From: a virus
Virus record (IMG/VR): IMGVR_UViG_3300025502_000011
Strand: one strand, 5' to 3'
Length of the DNA stretch: 64,000 nucleotides
Shown: one piece after another, positions 55,585 to 64,000 of the stretch
Layout: every line of letters begins with the position of its first letter
How positions within the stretch are numbered: the first letter of the stretch is position 1
Translations under genes and position numbers: made by a program
The notes under the pieces: model-generated
Database searches by the model: none
What the model was told of the DNA's origin: nothing
The model's input: only the letters and a program-made list of their open reading frames with translations

Positions 55585-56197
55585 TTTGAAGCCTGTGATT
55601 TGGGTTCTGATTTAGATACTCTATAAACTTATCACCGTAAAGTGTGCGCGGTCGAATGAAGTTTGTCATCTTATCGTTGTCTTGCCACTCTAGCGTCTTT
55701 ATTTCGTTTACTATTTTAAAGTCTTTTACTGTTTTCCCGTCTTTCAGCCATCTCTCTACAAACTCAAATGTCTCCAAACTGTCTGTGGGGAAGCTTCTTT
55801 TTGCAAACAAATTTAAGTGCTCTACAATTTCTTTCACCACTGGATAAGTTGGTGATTTAAGAAAGTCTGCAGACTTTATTTTGCTATTCTTGTGCTCTTG
55901 GAGCATGCGCTTGCTGAAGTAGGCTCCTGTTGATGAATCTTGAAGCAATACGCCTTTGTCAAAGAGCTCTCCAAATGCGTTGTTGAATACGTTTTCATTT
56001 GTTACCCTCAACATTTTCTGTATATCAAACCTTGACATCACTTTGTTTCGAAAAACCATGTAACCATATGGGTCTCCTCTATGCATATGACATAGAAGGT
56101 CAATCCACATCCCTTTCGCCGTTAAAGAGCAATGCTTTAACTTAGCATCATCCAACCAGTCTTCTGGGTAAAATGTAAATCCTTGTCTGTCTATCAT
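55496..56197 (-). CDS. Phage replication initiator/organizer protein
   Basis: FYPEDWL.D, KGMWIDLLC.M and C-terminal RP.TLYG.KF..YLNQ. Confidence 0.75.
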   Translation of the reverse strand: MIDRQGFTFYPEDWLDDAKLKHCSLTAKGMWIDLLCHMHRGDPYGYMVFRNKVMSRFDIQKMLRVTNENVFNNAFGELFDKGVLLQDSSTGAYFSKRMLQEHKNSKIKSADFLKSPTYPVVKEIVEHLNLFAKRSFPTDSLETFEFVERWLKDGKTVKDFKIVNEIKTLEWQDNDKMTNFIRPRTLYGDKFIEYLNQNPNHRLQNGHSSRKWTIGNYYGTATQRKDTDGQEES

Positions 56198-57219
56198 AGT
56201 TGTATATTGTTGTAGTTTCTTCCGTACTCTCTCTCGTTCACCATTAAGGAATAAAACACTGAAAAAAAGTCTTCTATAGTTCCACTAATGTAATCTTCGT
56301 ACCCGTCTGAACGGAAATAACTGATTGTTGTTTGTATGTCTCTATCCTCGCTTAGTGGCAAATAAATAGTTTCACTAATTTGCTCGTAGTCTTCTAGTTG
56401 TAAAGAAGGGTTTTCTAAATTAAGCATACTTGCGTTTCTAATCAACAGGTCTCTTGACTCTAAGATTTGCCGATAAACAATTAAGCTTTTTTCTTCCTGG
56501 AGGATTTCAGCTTCCTCACACATCTGTTGGTATGTATATTTCTCATCTTTAATAATTGGGAAGAATTTAATGATTTTATCTCTACTTAACCTGTCTACTC
56601 CATCTACAAAACTGTTTCCCACGAAGCAATTAAGCATTAGTTCATTTTCAATATTGTAACCAAGCTTCTTCTGAAAATTTGCCTTGGTTATCAAATTCAT
56701 TTTTGGAGTCATTACAGAAACGTTATCATCTATCAATTGATAGAATTCGTGCTCCCTAGAGAATATTATAATTCGCTCACCTTCTTTTGTTGATTGGTTA
56801 ACATATCCAGCTAGCATATCTGTGCCTTCGGTTTTTTTTGAAATCAACTGACGAACAGAGCAATTATCTAAAAGTCTCTGACATTTGTTTATTTGTCTCA
56901 ATATTGCCAAGTCATGTTCTTCACGTTCAGTTTCCACACCAAAATCCGTTTCAATATAGAGTCGCTTTCTCTTTTCCCATTCTTTTTGCTTTTCAAGATG
57001 ATAGGGAGGGTAGTTTTTGTACTTTGTATCCCCAGCCTCCATACCATCCCATGCCACCACAACCCTTGACGGTCGAACGTGGTGAAGAAGGTAATTGAGT
57101 GCCTCGAAGAACCCAACAATTCCTCCACACTTTAACCTCTGCTCTTTGTTCTCATACTTCAAACGCTTAAAATGTTGGCGCTTAACCAACCAGTCTCCGT
57201 ACAAGATTAAAGTCTGCAT
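56194..57219 (-). CDS. 5'-3' exonuclease (PolI-N/T4 RNase H-like), partly degenerate
   Basis: LILYGD.L, VVAWDG, YPPY, E..DM.A, VDGV motifs. Confidence 0.7.
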   Translation of the reverse strand: MQTLILYGDWLVKRQHFKRLKYENKEQRLKCGGIVGFFEALNYLLHHVRPSRVVVAWDGMEAGDTKYKNYPPYHLEKQKEWEKRKRLYIETDFGVETEREEHDLAILRQINKCQRLLDNCSVRQLISKKTEGTDMLAGYVNQSTKEGERIIIFSREHEFYQLIDDNVSVMTPKMNLITKANFQKKLGYNIENELMLNCFVGNSFVDGVDRLSRDKIIKFFPIIKDEKYTYQQMCEEAEILQEEKSLIVYRQILESRDLLIRNASMLNLENPSLQLEDYEQISETIYLPLSEDRDIQTTISYFRSDGYEDYISGTIEDFFSVFYSLMVNEREYGRNYNNIQL

Positions 57220-57274
57220 GCTGAAATTATAATTTATTCTACAAATATAAAAAATATCTGTTACCATCAAAGCA

Positions 57275-57319
57275 GAAAACGCCTGAAACTCATGTCAACT
57301 CATGAGTTTAGGCGTTTTC
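57275..57319. terminator. Long terminator-like inverted repeat
   Basis: GAAAACGCCTGAAACTCATG / CATGAGTTTAGGCGTTTTC. Confidence 0.7.
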
Positions 57320-57363
57320 GCTATTCTAAGAACTTATGTTTTCAGAGGTATTAGCAAAGAGTT

Positions 57364-58500
57364 CTAGTCCAAGCTAACATGGTCCCAATCGTTATCATAT
57401 TCAAGACTCCACCCGTCTTTTGTCGACGCTTTGTAATCGTCAATTGCTTTCTTTTCGTCCATAATGAAGCCGTGGTCTGTGCAGAGAATTTTTCCCCTAG
57501 CAGATACGTTATTTACGTGATTTTTAACGAGTCGAATGGCGCTTCGAATTGCAAAGGATACTTTTATTCCATCTTTTGTAGCTTCTACTTTAGATGACCT
57601 TGATTGAACTCCACCCATTTGTATAACAAATGTTGATGCTAACCAAATACCTTCTCCTCCGTATGGTGCCAAAGATGACATCGTTGCTGGTGGTGTTGGT
57701 GGCTTAGTGTAAGCGTGATTTACAAAGAAGATAGAGTTTGTGTAAGGATAATCATCTCTTCTTGAACTGTTTATCTTTTTGCAGATGTGTCGTTTTATTC
57801 TCTGGTGAATTACTCTTGCTGTAGACATCATTCCACCACTACCTTTTCCTGCGTCAACAGCCTCACGCTCAGCGTTAGACTGTGCTTGGCCGATAGAATC
57901 CCAGATAAACACGATGTCCATTGGGAATTCTCCATTCTCTTGCATTTTGATATACCTATCAACAATGTCACAACCTTCCTCAATAGTATCTACATCATTA
58001 TGGATGTGACAATAGTTCTTGTCGGTGATTAGCCCCATAATCTCAGCTCTCTCTATGGAGAACTTGTTCTCGGTGATAATCAACACAGGGAATATTCCTT
58101 GTTTTTGAGCAAACGTGCCCAATTCGACCGCCATTGTTGTTTTACCGACATCTGAGTGCCCGTAAACCATCGATGCGTGACCCATTGGCAATCCAGGCTG
58201 CCTTAGCGTCTCTTTGAATGCAGTGGACATGTTAATCCATTCCTGCGGTTTCATTTTTACTTGTTTGAAATCAATTTTGTCTGTAATTGATTCCATTTTA
58301 GCGAATTTTTTAGATATTTCCATCTTTTTTTTATCCATTCGCTTTTTAAACTTTATCTGTTCAGTTAAAAGACCAACCATATGTTCGTTGTTCTCTTTTT
58401 TCGAAAATTCTAAAGCCGATTCCAGCTCAATAAGTGTCATCTTATCGAGCCCGTAGTCCTTAGGGTCATTTGATTTTATTTCTTCCGCTTTTCTTGCCAT
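57364..58500 (-). CDS. recA: RecA/UvsX-like recombinase
   Basis: GHSDVGKTT, ENKF, WDSIG, FFVNH, GGEGI, KNHVN motifs. Confidence 0.85.
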   Translation of the reverse strand: MARKAEEIKSNDPKDYGLDKMTLIELESALEFSKKENNEHMVGLLTEQIKFKKRMDKKKMEISKKFAKMESITDKIDFKQVKMKPQEWINMSTAFKETLRQPGLPMGHASMVYGHSDVGKTTMAVELGTFAQKQGIFPVLIITENKFSIERAEIMGLITDKNYCHIHNDVDTIEEGCDIVDRYIKMQENGEFPMDIVFIWDSIGQAQSNAEREAVDAGKGSGGMMSTARVIHQRIKRHICKKINSSRRDDYPYTNSIFFVNHAYTKPPTPPATMSSLAPYGGEGIWLASTFVIQMGGVQSRSSKVEATKDGIKVSFAIRSAIRLVKNHVNNVSARGKILCTDHGFIMDEKKAIDDYKASTKDGWSLEYDNDWDHVSLD

Positions 58501-58646
58501 TGCTACTTTTATTGCTGTTAATTACTGCCTTGGTTCCAAAGCTACATGCTGGGTTGACCTAGTTATAGCAGTCGTTTTTTTCTATAAATAAGCGATAAAA
58601 AACACCTATCAATAAGCGTTTATATTGCTAAATAAATCCTTCGTGC

Positions 58647-58901
58647 TTAATCGTGCTCTACACTGATTCTTATCGTTAGTACGCCTTCTAGCCCACTTTC
58701 GTGAATAAACTCTAGCCCTACTAGCATGCCTTCTTTTGTAAGAAGCTCTGCCCCAACTCCATGACCAAACTCCGCACATCTGTCTATAAACTCGTAAAGA
58801 ATAAGCTGTCTCGTTTCTTCTATGACTTGCTCAAAAGCGTATTTTTGAACTACGTGCTGAAAACACAGACTAAGAGCAGTCTTTATTTGCTCTTTTGTCA
58901 T
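58647..58901 (-). CDS. Hypothetical protein
   Basis: 84-aa ORF. Confidence 0.55.
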   Translation of the reverse strand: MTKEQIKTALSLCFQHVVQKYAFEQVIEETRQLILYEFIDRCAEFGHGVGAELLTKEGMLVGLEFIHESGLEGVLTIRISVEHD

Positions 58902-59278
58902 CGTCTGTTATTCTGTGTGTCATCGGATTGAGGGACCCTCCAGTCATACACTGGCCATCCATCTGTTGTTTTTAATGGGCTTCCATCTGGGTTTTTTTTA
59001 GTTCTCAAAAAAACCACATCAGATTTCTTTTGCTGTCCAAAGTTTACTCTGGCTTTACAATCTTTACACGTGATGTGTGTGTACTGCAATTCATCCTCTT
59101 TAGTGATATGAGAACTAAGCGCAAGGTGGTCTCCCCCACAATTTCCACATTTATACACGTCAGGAAATGAGAACATTTTAGCTCCCTCGACAATTTCGAA
59201 CATAGTGTCTCCATTAACTATGAAAGCATGCATTTCTCTTCCTATTTTTTTCTTAATTATTCGCCCATATTTGGCCAT
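58898..59278 (-). CDS. Zinc-ribbon protein
   Basis: CGNC and CKDC motifs. Confidence 0.7.
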   Translation of the reverse strand: MAKYGRIIKKKIGREMHAFIVNGDTMFEIVEGAKMFSFPDVYKCGNCGGDHLALSSHITKEDELQYTHITCKDCKARVNFGQQKKSDVVFLRTKKNPDGSPLKTTDGWPVYDWRVPQSDDTQNNRR

Positions 59279-59568
59279 GACGTTTGGTTTTAAATATTAT
59301 AAAATGTTTATTAAAAGTGAACCCAAACTCTTGTAAAATCAAGTTGTTTTATAAGGAAAAAATGTTCAAGGGAAGCTTTTTATAAGGTAAATCTGTTTCG
59401 CTACGATTAAATTTATCTAGCAATTCTGATGTGGTACCTTTCTTAATTGAAAACGTGGCTTATCTGTAAGGTTTTCCCAGTTACGCCCCATTTTAATCCT
59501 ACTGTCTGTGTGCTGTAGCGTTTAAAAAAAATACGTTTAACGCAAACACATGCTTGCCTAATAAAAAA

Positions 59569-62500
59569 TTAGTTCAATAAACCTTGAGCTTTATCCCACA
59601 ACTTCTGATAACGAAGTATATTCGTAGCCCTATCTGTAACTAAAATCTGTTCAACACTCGTTAAAGCAGGTGATAGCCATTTAAGAATATAATAATCCAT
59701 TATATTATCTCTAGTAATAGGGCCTTTGAAACTGACTGATTTTCCATTTTCAAGTTGTGCAGTTCTAGGTTTTTTCGTTTTACTAGTTATAGTTTTTGCC
59801 ATAAACAACAACCCTTTCTCATCGCTCTCGAAAGAAGCAAAAGCGCGATATTTAGTTGTTCTTACACCTTGCCCTCCTTTCCCTTCACTTGATAAAATGC
59901 TTCCATTAATTAATTCACTATTACCCCATCGACCAATGTCTGCCATAATGCCAAAATGGTTATAGTTAAACCCACCAATAACTTCGCCATTGTATTGTTC
60001 CTTAAGGGCAGTAAATAATATGGCTGTTTTTATATCAAGATTAGCGGTAACACTTGACTTAATTTTATTCGCTAATTCTTCAGGAGTGATAGCTGTCCAA
60101 AAACGAGATTTATTTGTGTACACAGGAAAATACTTGATTTTATTACCAGGTAATTCTGATATAGGAATGATGTCTGCGTCACCTGTATATTCGCTTTGTG
60201 GTGCTGTTAAATTATCGCCTTCTGGCTTCAAATATTCTAACTCAACTCCTCTGTCTTCTGCTGTTTTAGCTAAGGTCTCTATGGTGATAGGAAATATTCC
60301 TCCGTAGTCGTTCTCTAAATAAAACCGCATTCGCATTCCCTCCATAGTCGTCTCAAAATTGTTCGGAGTGATTGAGTGCTTCACACTTAATATCTGATAC
60401 AGTCCGTCAAACATTGGGAGATTTCTTAGAAAGAAAAATTGCATCGGAAATATTTGAGCATTTCCTAGTACATCAATTGTGGATGTGTACGAACGCCCAG
60501 CCATCACGTTGAGCATCGAGCAATCAGTTGTGACTCGTTTGTTGGAGTTCTCATTGTTCACAAGACGCTCAAGGTTAATTACTGATTCCGCTGTTACCTT
60601 ATTATCTTGTGTCGAAACTTGAATATTCTTTACAATATTGTTTTCTGTAGAACCGTACTTCACCTCTAAAGCATCTACATCCAAATCCTCTTGGCTTCTA
60701 GATAGCGCAGCTGGAGTCGTATACGTGTCTGATGGCTTCAGCGCTCTGGACTCTGGTGTCGGAATAAACATTACATGGAAAAAGTTGATGACTCTTTGAG
60801 CCCCGTCATAATTCTTAGGTGTGTAGATATCGTTTACGTCTAAATAGTTTGCGTATCCAGGAATTGGAATAAACATGAAATTGTTCTTGGAACATATCGC
60901 TTGAATGACATTCAATACAGTTGTATCTGAACGAGCCTCACTTAAAGCATCTGTGTTGATGAGTGCGTTTTCTACCTGTATAAACTGATTATTAGCCGTT
61001 GAGTTAGCTTGTTTAATCCTTTGAAGAGGAAAGTCATAAACAAACACCCCGCTCCTAGAAGACACTGTGTCACTAGCTGACGCCGTTGCTGCATAGTTTA
61101 CGTCTGTCGTATTTAAACCTCTTCCAAGTGTTCCTAAACCACATGAACCATATTCTTTCATTAACTCCACAGCAAGTTGGCTGTGTCCTGGTGCTATAGT
61201 GTTTGTGATGTTTCCACCTGAATCGACATCATCTCTGAACACGATGGAATTCCACTGTTGGAATAGCGAGTGGAATTGCTTGTAGATTATATTTTCTCCT
61301 TCTTGTGCATTTCCTAGAATTTGAGTTATAACGTTATTATCCTCTGTTTCAATCTCTTGAATTAACTCTAAAATTTTAGAACACACTTTATAAATATATC
61401 TTCTTTGATATGTTCCTTCTATCGCACCATTATTGACTGCGCCATTTCTTTTTCCTGTGAATAAATCAAAAGAAATTCTTTCATTTAGTTCAACAAAATC
61501 AGCTGCTGCTGCCGAGTTCGATATTTCTACAGCGGGAGAAATAATAGCGGCAGCAGCATCACTCACTAAAGTTGAAGACGAATCTTCAGAAAAGATGCTT
61601 GTAACAAGGTTTAGTCCTCCTTGAAAAAGGTTTGCTCCTACTTGAAAAATGCCTGTTACTATTTGAGCATAACCTTGAACAACGTCTGCTGTTGCGTCGG
61701 CGATTATCCCATCTAGTATTTCGTCGGAATTCTTATAGGCATTATCGTTTAAGTAAAAAGCTTTTACGAATAAAATTGGATTTTGGCTTGATACTTCAAC
61801 TCCACCAGTATTATCCTCTGGGACGTTGGGGTTTTTTATTTTCCTTCGAAAAAGGAATGCTTCTTTATAGTCTTCTGTAGATGCAAACGAATTAATCCAT
61901 GTATTTGTTTGAAAGTTTCCGAGATTATCGTTTAATTCCGTGCTGCTATCATTGGAACGTATCTTTTGGTAATCAAACACTATATCTTTGGAGATAATCT
62001 TGTTAAAAAGCTCTACTGCTTCTGTTAAGTCCTCTCCGTCTTCTCCTAGAGCTTCCTCTATGTAATAAAAGTTTTCATTGGTGGCGGATGCATCGTTGTT
62101 ATCACCTGCTTCATAGCCTTGCCCAATTAAGACTTCTTTTGCTCTAATTGCATCTTCTCCTTCATAAGCTAGCCAGAAAGTTCGAAAATCTCTCTCCTTC
62201 TTGTGTACTCCTGTAAAATAAGGCACGCCGTTATTTATAAAGTGGTTTCCAGCCATGCTGGCTTGGTCTATAGACGCCAAGTCGCCCGTGAAAAGGCCTT
62301 CTAAGGCTTCTTTTACAGACATCGTTACAGGTCTCTTTTTGTCGTCGTTTATCCCAGCTACAAAAGTTTTCAACTCTTCTTGAGTTGTAATTTTTTCTAT
62401 CTCAGTTGTTTGTCCATTATGTTCAATTACGACCTCATAATTCAAAATAACTGAATCCACAGCATCTTCTGAATCAGTTTTTAGAAAATCTTCTAAATCA

Positions 62501-64000
62501 AACACATTTTTGTCTAATGCTCCATTTGGAAGCTTAAAACCAGTTCCTTTTGGAGTGAGGAGGCGTGTCCAGAAGGTGCAAAAATTCTTTAGTTGCTGCT
62601 TATGTAAATCTGAGCCTGAATTTGGCAATCTTCGTATGTCACTGGCTGATATGTTCTGAATATCTTTATCAGTAAGGGCGTCGATTCTATCTTCGTCTGC
62701 ATCTCCTGGGTCAGTAATAACGTCGTTTTTAGTAAACCAAGCCGCTATAGCTGAACGTCCTAAAATGTCTTTAGCAAAGCTTGTATAACTTGAGCCATTA
62801 TATGGTTTTGGTGCAAATAGTTCCAGAACACTTATCGGGTGTGCAACGTTTTCGTTTACAGCGGTCGTGTCGATGTTTGCAATATTCTGAAATTCTAGAA
62901 TACCTTGGGTAATTGCGGCGGTAAATGTTCTTACAAAGTCTAGCTCGTTTCCCGCTTCTTCTATTCCAAATATTCCTTTTGCTGGAACTTCCTCTCCCTC
63001 CTCTGTAATCAGTAGAGGATAGTGACGAGCAATTAAATTATCCTGCTCGACTGCTGCTTTTCTTGTTAATTTGAATTCTGAATATCCTTTTATTCCAGCC
63101 TCTAAAATTCTTCCCATCACATAAGCAGAGTCTGATGCTATCTGGTTTAAAACTCTGCTAATTGTGAGCGCATTTAGTTTCCCATATGTTCTCGCATATC
63201 TTTTGGCAGAAATTTCTTTTTGTATCTCTTCCAGATTTGCATTTATAACCGAATAAACTCTGTCTCTTATCTCTTTTTTTTCGTCTCTAGAAATAATATT
63301 ATTTTCTTGAACATCAGTTGCATCCTCTGAAGCAATAATGTCATCTCCTTGAAAATCGGTTATATCTCTGTCAAAAAAACGACCTTTCTTTGAGTCAATG
63401 AGAACCTTCGATAAAACGAATTCTAAGCTACCCGTCAGGCTACCTTTAAGGTCTTCTTCGTCGACTTTTTCAACTGCTTCCCTATCTAGCTGTATCGTTT
63501 TAAAGCCTTGAACTTGTTCCCCATCTACACTTCCACTCAATATAGAAAATGCAGCTGAACCTTTATTTGTTGCATATGCTGTTGCATTCGACTTTAAATC
63601 CCCAAGTGCAGTAACCAGGTTGTCAAATGTTTCAGTAACCTGATTTGTTGTTATTTCTACCTCGTTTCCAATCTCCATAAGTTCTTGTATACTTGAGCTG
63701 TACTCTGGAGCAGCGGCTAGGTCAGGGTTAGGGTTGTCTGGGTCTATTGTACCGTCCATCACTTTTAATGCGTTCGCTGCTAAAATAAAAGAGAATGGCA
63801 AGTCAGCAAAAAACCCCCATTGATGAGGAACAAATACACCTTTAATGGAGTATGATGCATCGTCTGAGTTAAAAGAAATATCATACTTCTTCATACTCAA
63901 CATGTAGGTTACTTGTCTGCCTAAATAACCTTTAAATGTAAACTTAAACTTTGGTGGTGGCCAAGCAAAAAATACACTGTAATCTATTCCTTGAGAGTTA
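59569..64000 (-). CDS. Large virion (baseplate hub/tail-like) protein, 5'-truncated by the window
   Basis: The frame is open to the edge (FFAWPPPKFKFTFKGYLG upstream of the track Met); hub-like G.S..IQPMQ.F.L...P.F.G.Y.I..V.H.IT region; C-terminal YNHFGI..YRAFAS resembles glucosaminidase motifs. Confidence 0.65.
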   Translation of the reverse strand, partial: NSQGIDYSVFFAWPPPKFKFTFKGYLGRQVTYMLSMKKYDISFNSDDASYSIKGVFVPHQWGFFADLPFSFILAANALKVMDGTIDPDNPNPDLAAAPEYSSSIQELMEIGNEVEITTNQVTETFDNLVTALGDLKSNATAYATNKGSAAFSILSGSVDGEQVQGFKTIQLDREAVEKVDEEDLKGSLTGSLEFVLSKVLIDSKKGRFFDRDITDFQGDDIIASEDATDVQENNIISRDEKKEIRDRVYSVINANLEEIQKEISAKRYARTYGKLNALTISRVLNQIASDSAYVMGRILEAGIKGYSEFKLTRKAAVEQDNLIARHYPLLITEEGEEVPAKGIFGIEEAGNELDFVRTFTAAITQGILEFQNIANIDTTAVNENVAHPISVLELFAPKPYNGSSYTSFAKDILGRSAIAAWFTKNDVITDPGDADEDRIDALTDKDIQNISASDIRRLPNSGSDLHKQQLKNFCTFWTRLLTPKGTGFKLPNGALDKNVFDLEDFLKTDSEDAVDSVILNYEVVIEHNGQTTEIEKITTQEELKTFVAGINDDKKRPVTMSVKEALEGLFTGDLASIDQASMAGNHFINNGVPYFTGVHKKERDFRTFWLAYEGEDAIRAKEVLIGQGYEAGDNNDASATNENFYYIEEALGEDGEDLTEAVELFNKIISKDIVFDYQKIRSNDSSTELNDNLGNFQTNTWINSFASTEDYKEAFLFRRKIKNPNVPEDNTGGVEVSSQNPILFVKAFYLNDNAYKNSDEILDGIIADATADVVQGYAQIVTGIFQVGANLFQGGLNLVTSIFSEDSSSTLVSDAAAAIISPAVEISNSAAAADFVELNERISFDLFTGKRNGAVNNGAIEGTYQRRYIYKVCSKILELIQEIETEDNNVITQILGNAQEGENIIYKQFHSLFQQWNSIVFRDDVDSGGNITNTIAPGHSQLAVELMKEYGSCGLGTLGRGLNTTDVNYAATASASDTVSSRSGVFVYDFPLQRIKQANSTANNQFIQVENALINTDALSEARSDTTVLNVIQAICSKNNFMFIPIPGYANYLDVNDIYTPKNYDGAQRVINFFHVMFIPTPESRALKPSDTYTTPAALSRSQEDLDVDALEVKYGSTENNIVKNIQVSTQDNKVTAESVINLERLVNNENSNKRVTTDCSMLNVMAGRSYTSTIDVLGNAQIFPMQFFFLRNLPMFDGLYQILSVKHSITPNNFETTMEGMRMRFYLENDYGGIFPITIETLAKTAEDRGVELEYLKPEGDNLTAPQSEYTGDADIIPISELPGNKIKYFPVYTNKSRFWTAITPEELANKIKSSVTANLDIKTAILFTALKEQYNGEVIGGFNYNHFGIMADIGRWGNSELINGSILSSEGKGGQGVRTTKYRAFASFESDEKGLLFMAKTITSKTKKPRTAQLENGKSVSFKGPITRDNIMDYYILKWLSPALTSVEQILVTDRATNILRYQKLWDKAQGLLN

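Noticed and set aside
59471-59485. GTTTTCCCAGTTACG resembling the M13 forward primer (vector contamination)
   Set aside because: The match is partial and mismatched, with no flanking vector sequence.
21296-61880. Numerous antisense ORFs overlapping Ro60, clpB, nrdA, primase and the large virion gene
   Set aside because: These are shadow ORFs with no recognisable motifs, opposite well-supported genes.
1-64000. CRISPR array to go with cas3/cas7
   Set aside because: No series of 25-45 bp repeats with unique spacers of similar length was found. The 57-bp E/F repeats are separated by a whole gene, and the 12-bp repeat at 37441 has no spacers and is coding.
1-64000. Genome-wide reassignment of TAA
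   Set aside because: Well-conserved genes (for example rmlC, nrdB, mscL and the uvrD-like gene) are full length and end at stop codons under code 11, many at TAA; only a few internal TAAs occur.

Overview
A 64-kb slice of a large (jumbo-type) dsDNA phage genome, probably infecting Bacteroidota (inferred from A-rich, Shine-Dalgarno-less starts and TAnnTTTG-type host promoters). Most genes are on the minus strand. From left to right: (i) cas3 followed by a cas7-like gene that runs off the left edge, with no CRISPR array in the window; (ii) an AT-rich array of about 9 small gene cassettes (8.5-13.3 kb) bounded by attC-like imperfect palindromes whose core sites pair between neighbouring sites, as in integron cassettes, with no integrase in the window; (iii) an aberrant tRNA region (14.0-17.5 kb) containing an ochre-suppressor tRNA(UUA), two tRNAs with 9-nt anticodon loops, two tRNA-Ile genes with long insertions and six anticodon-less mini-tRNA-like helices, flanked by a methyltransferase gene and a Pth2-like gene that each contain an in-frame TAA and end in TGA; (iv) a Ro60/TROVE gene preceded by three GTTACTTCA-containing structured RNA candidates; (v) host-like accessory genes (PrsW, ClpB, M42 peptidase, MscL, RmlC); (vi) replication and nucleotide genes (SSB, UvrD-like helicase, sigma-70 factor, nrdB, nrdA fractured by a split intein with a free-standing endonuclease, primase-helicase, 5'-3' exonuclease, RecA) and a large virion protein cut by the right edge. 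All calls come from manual reading and motif recognition; no searches were run.
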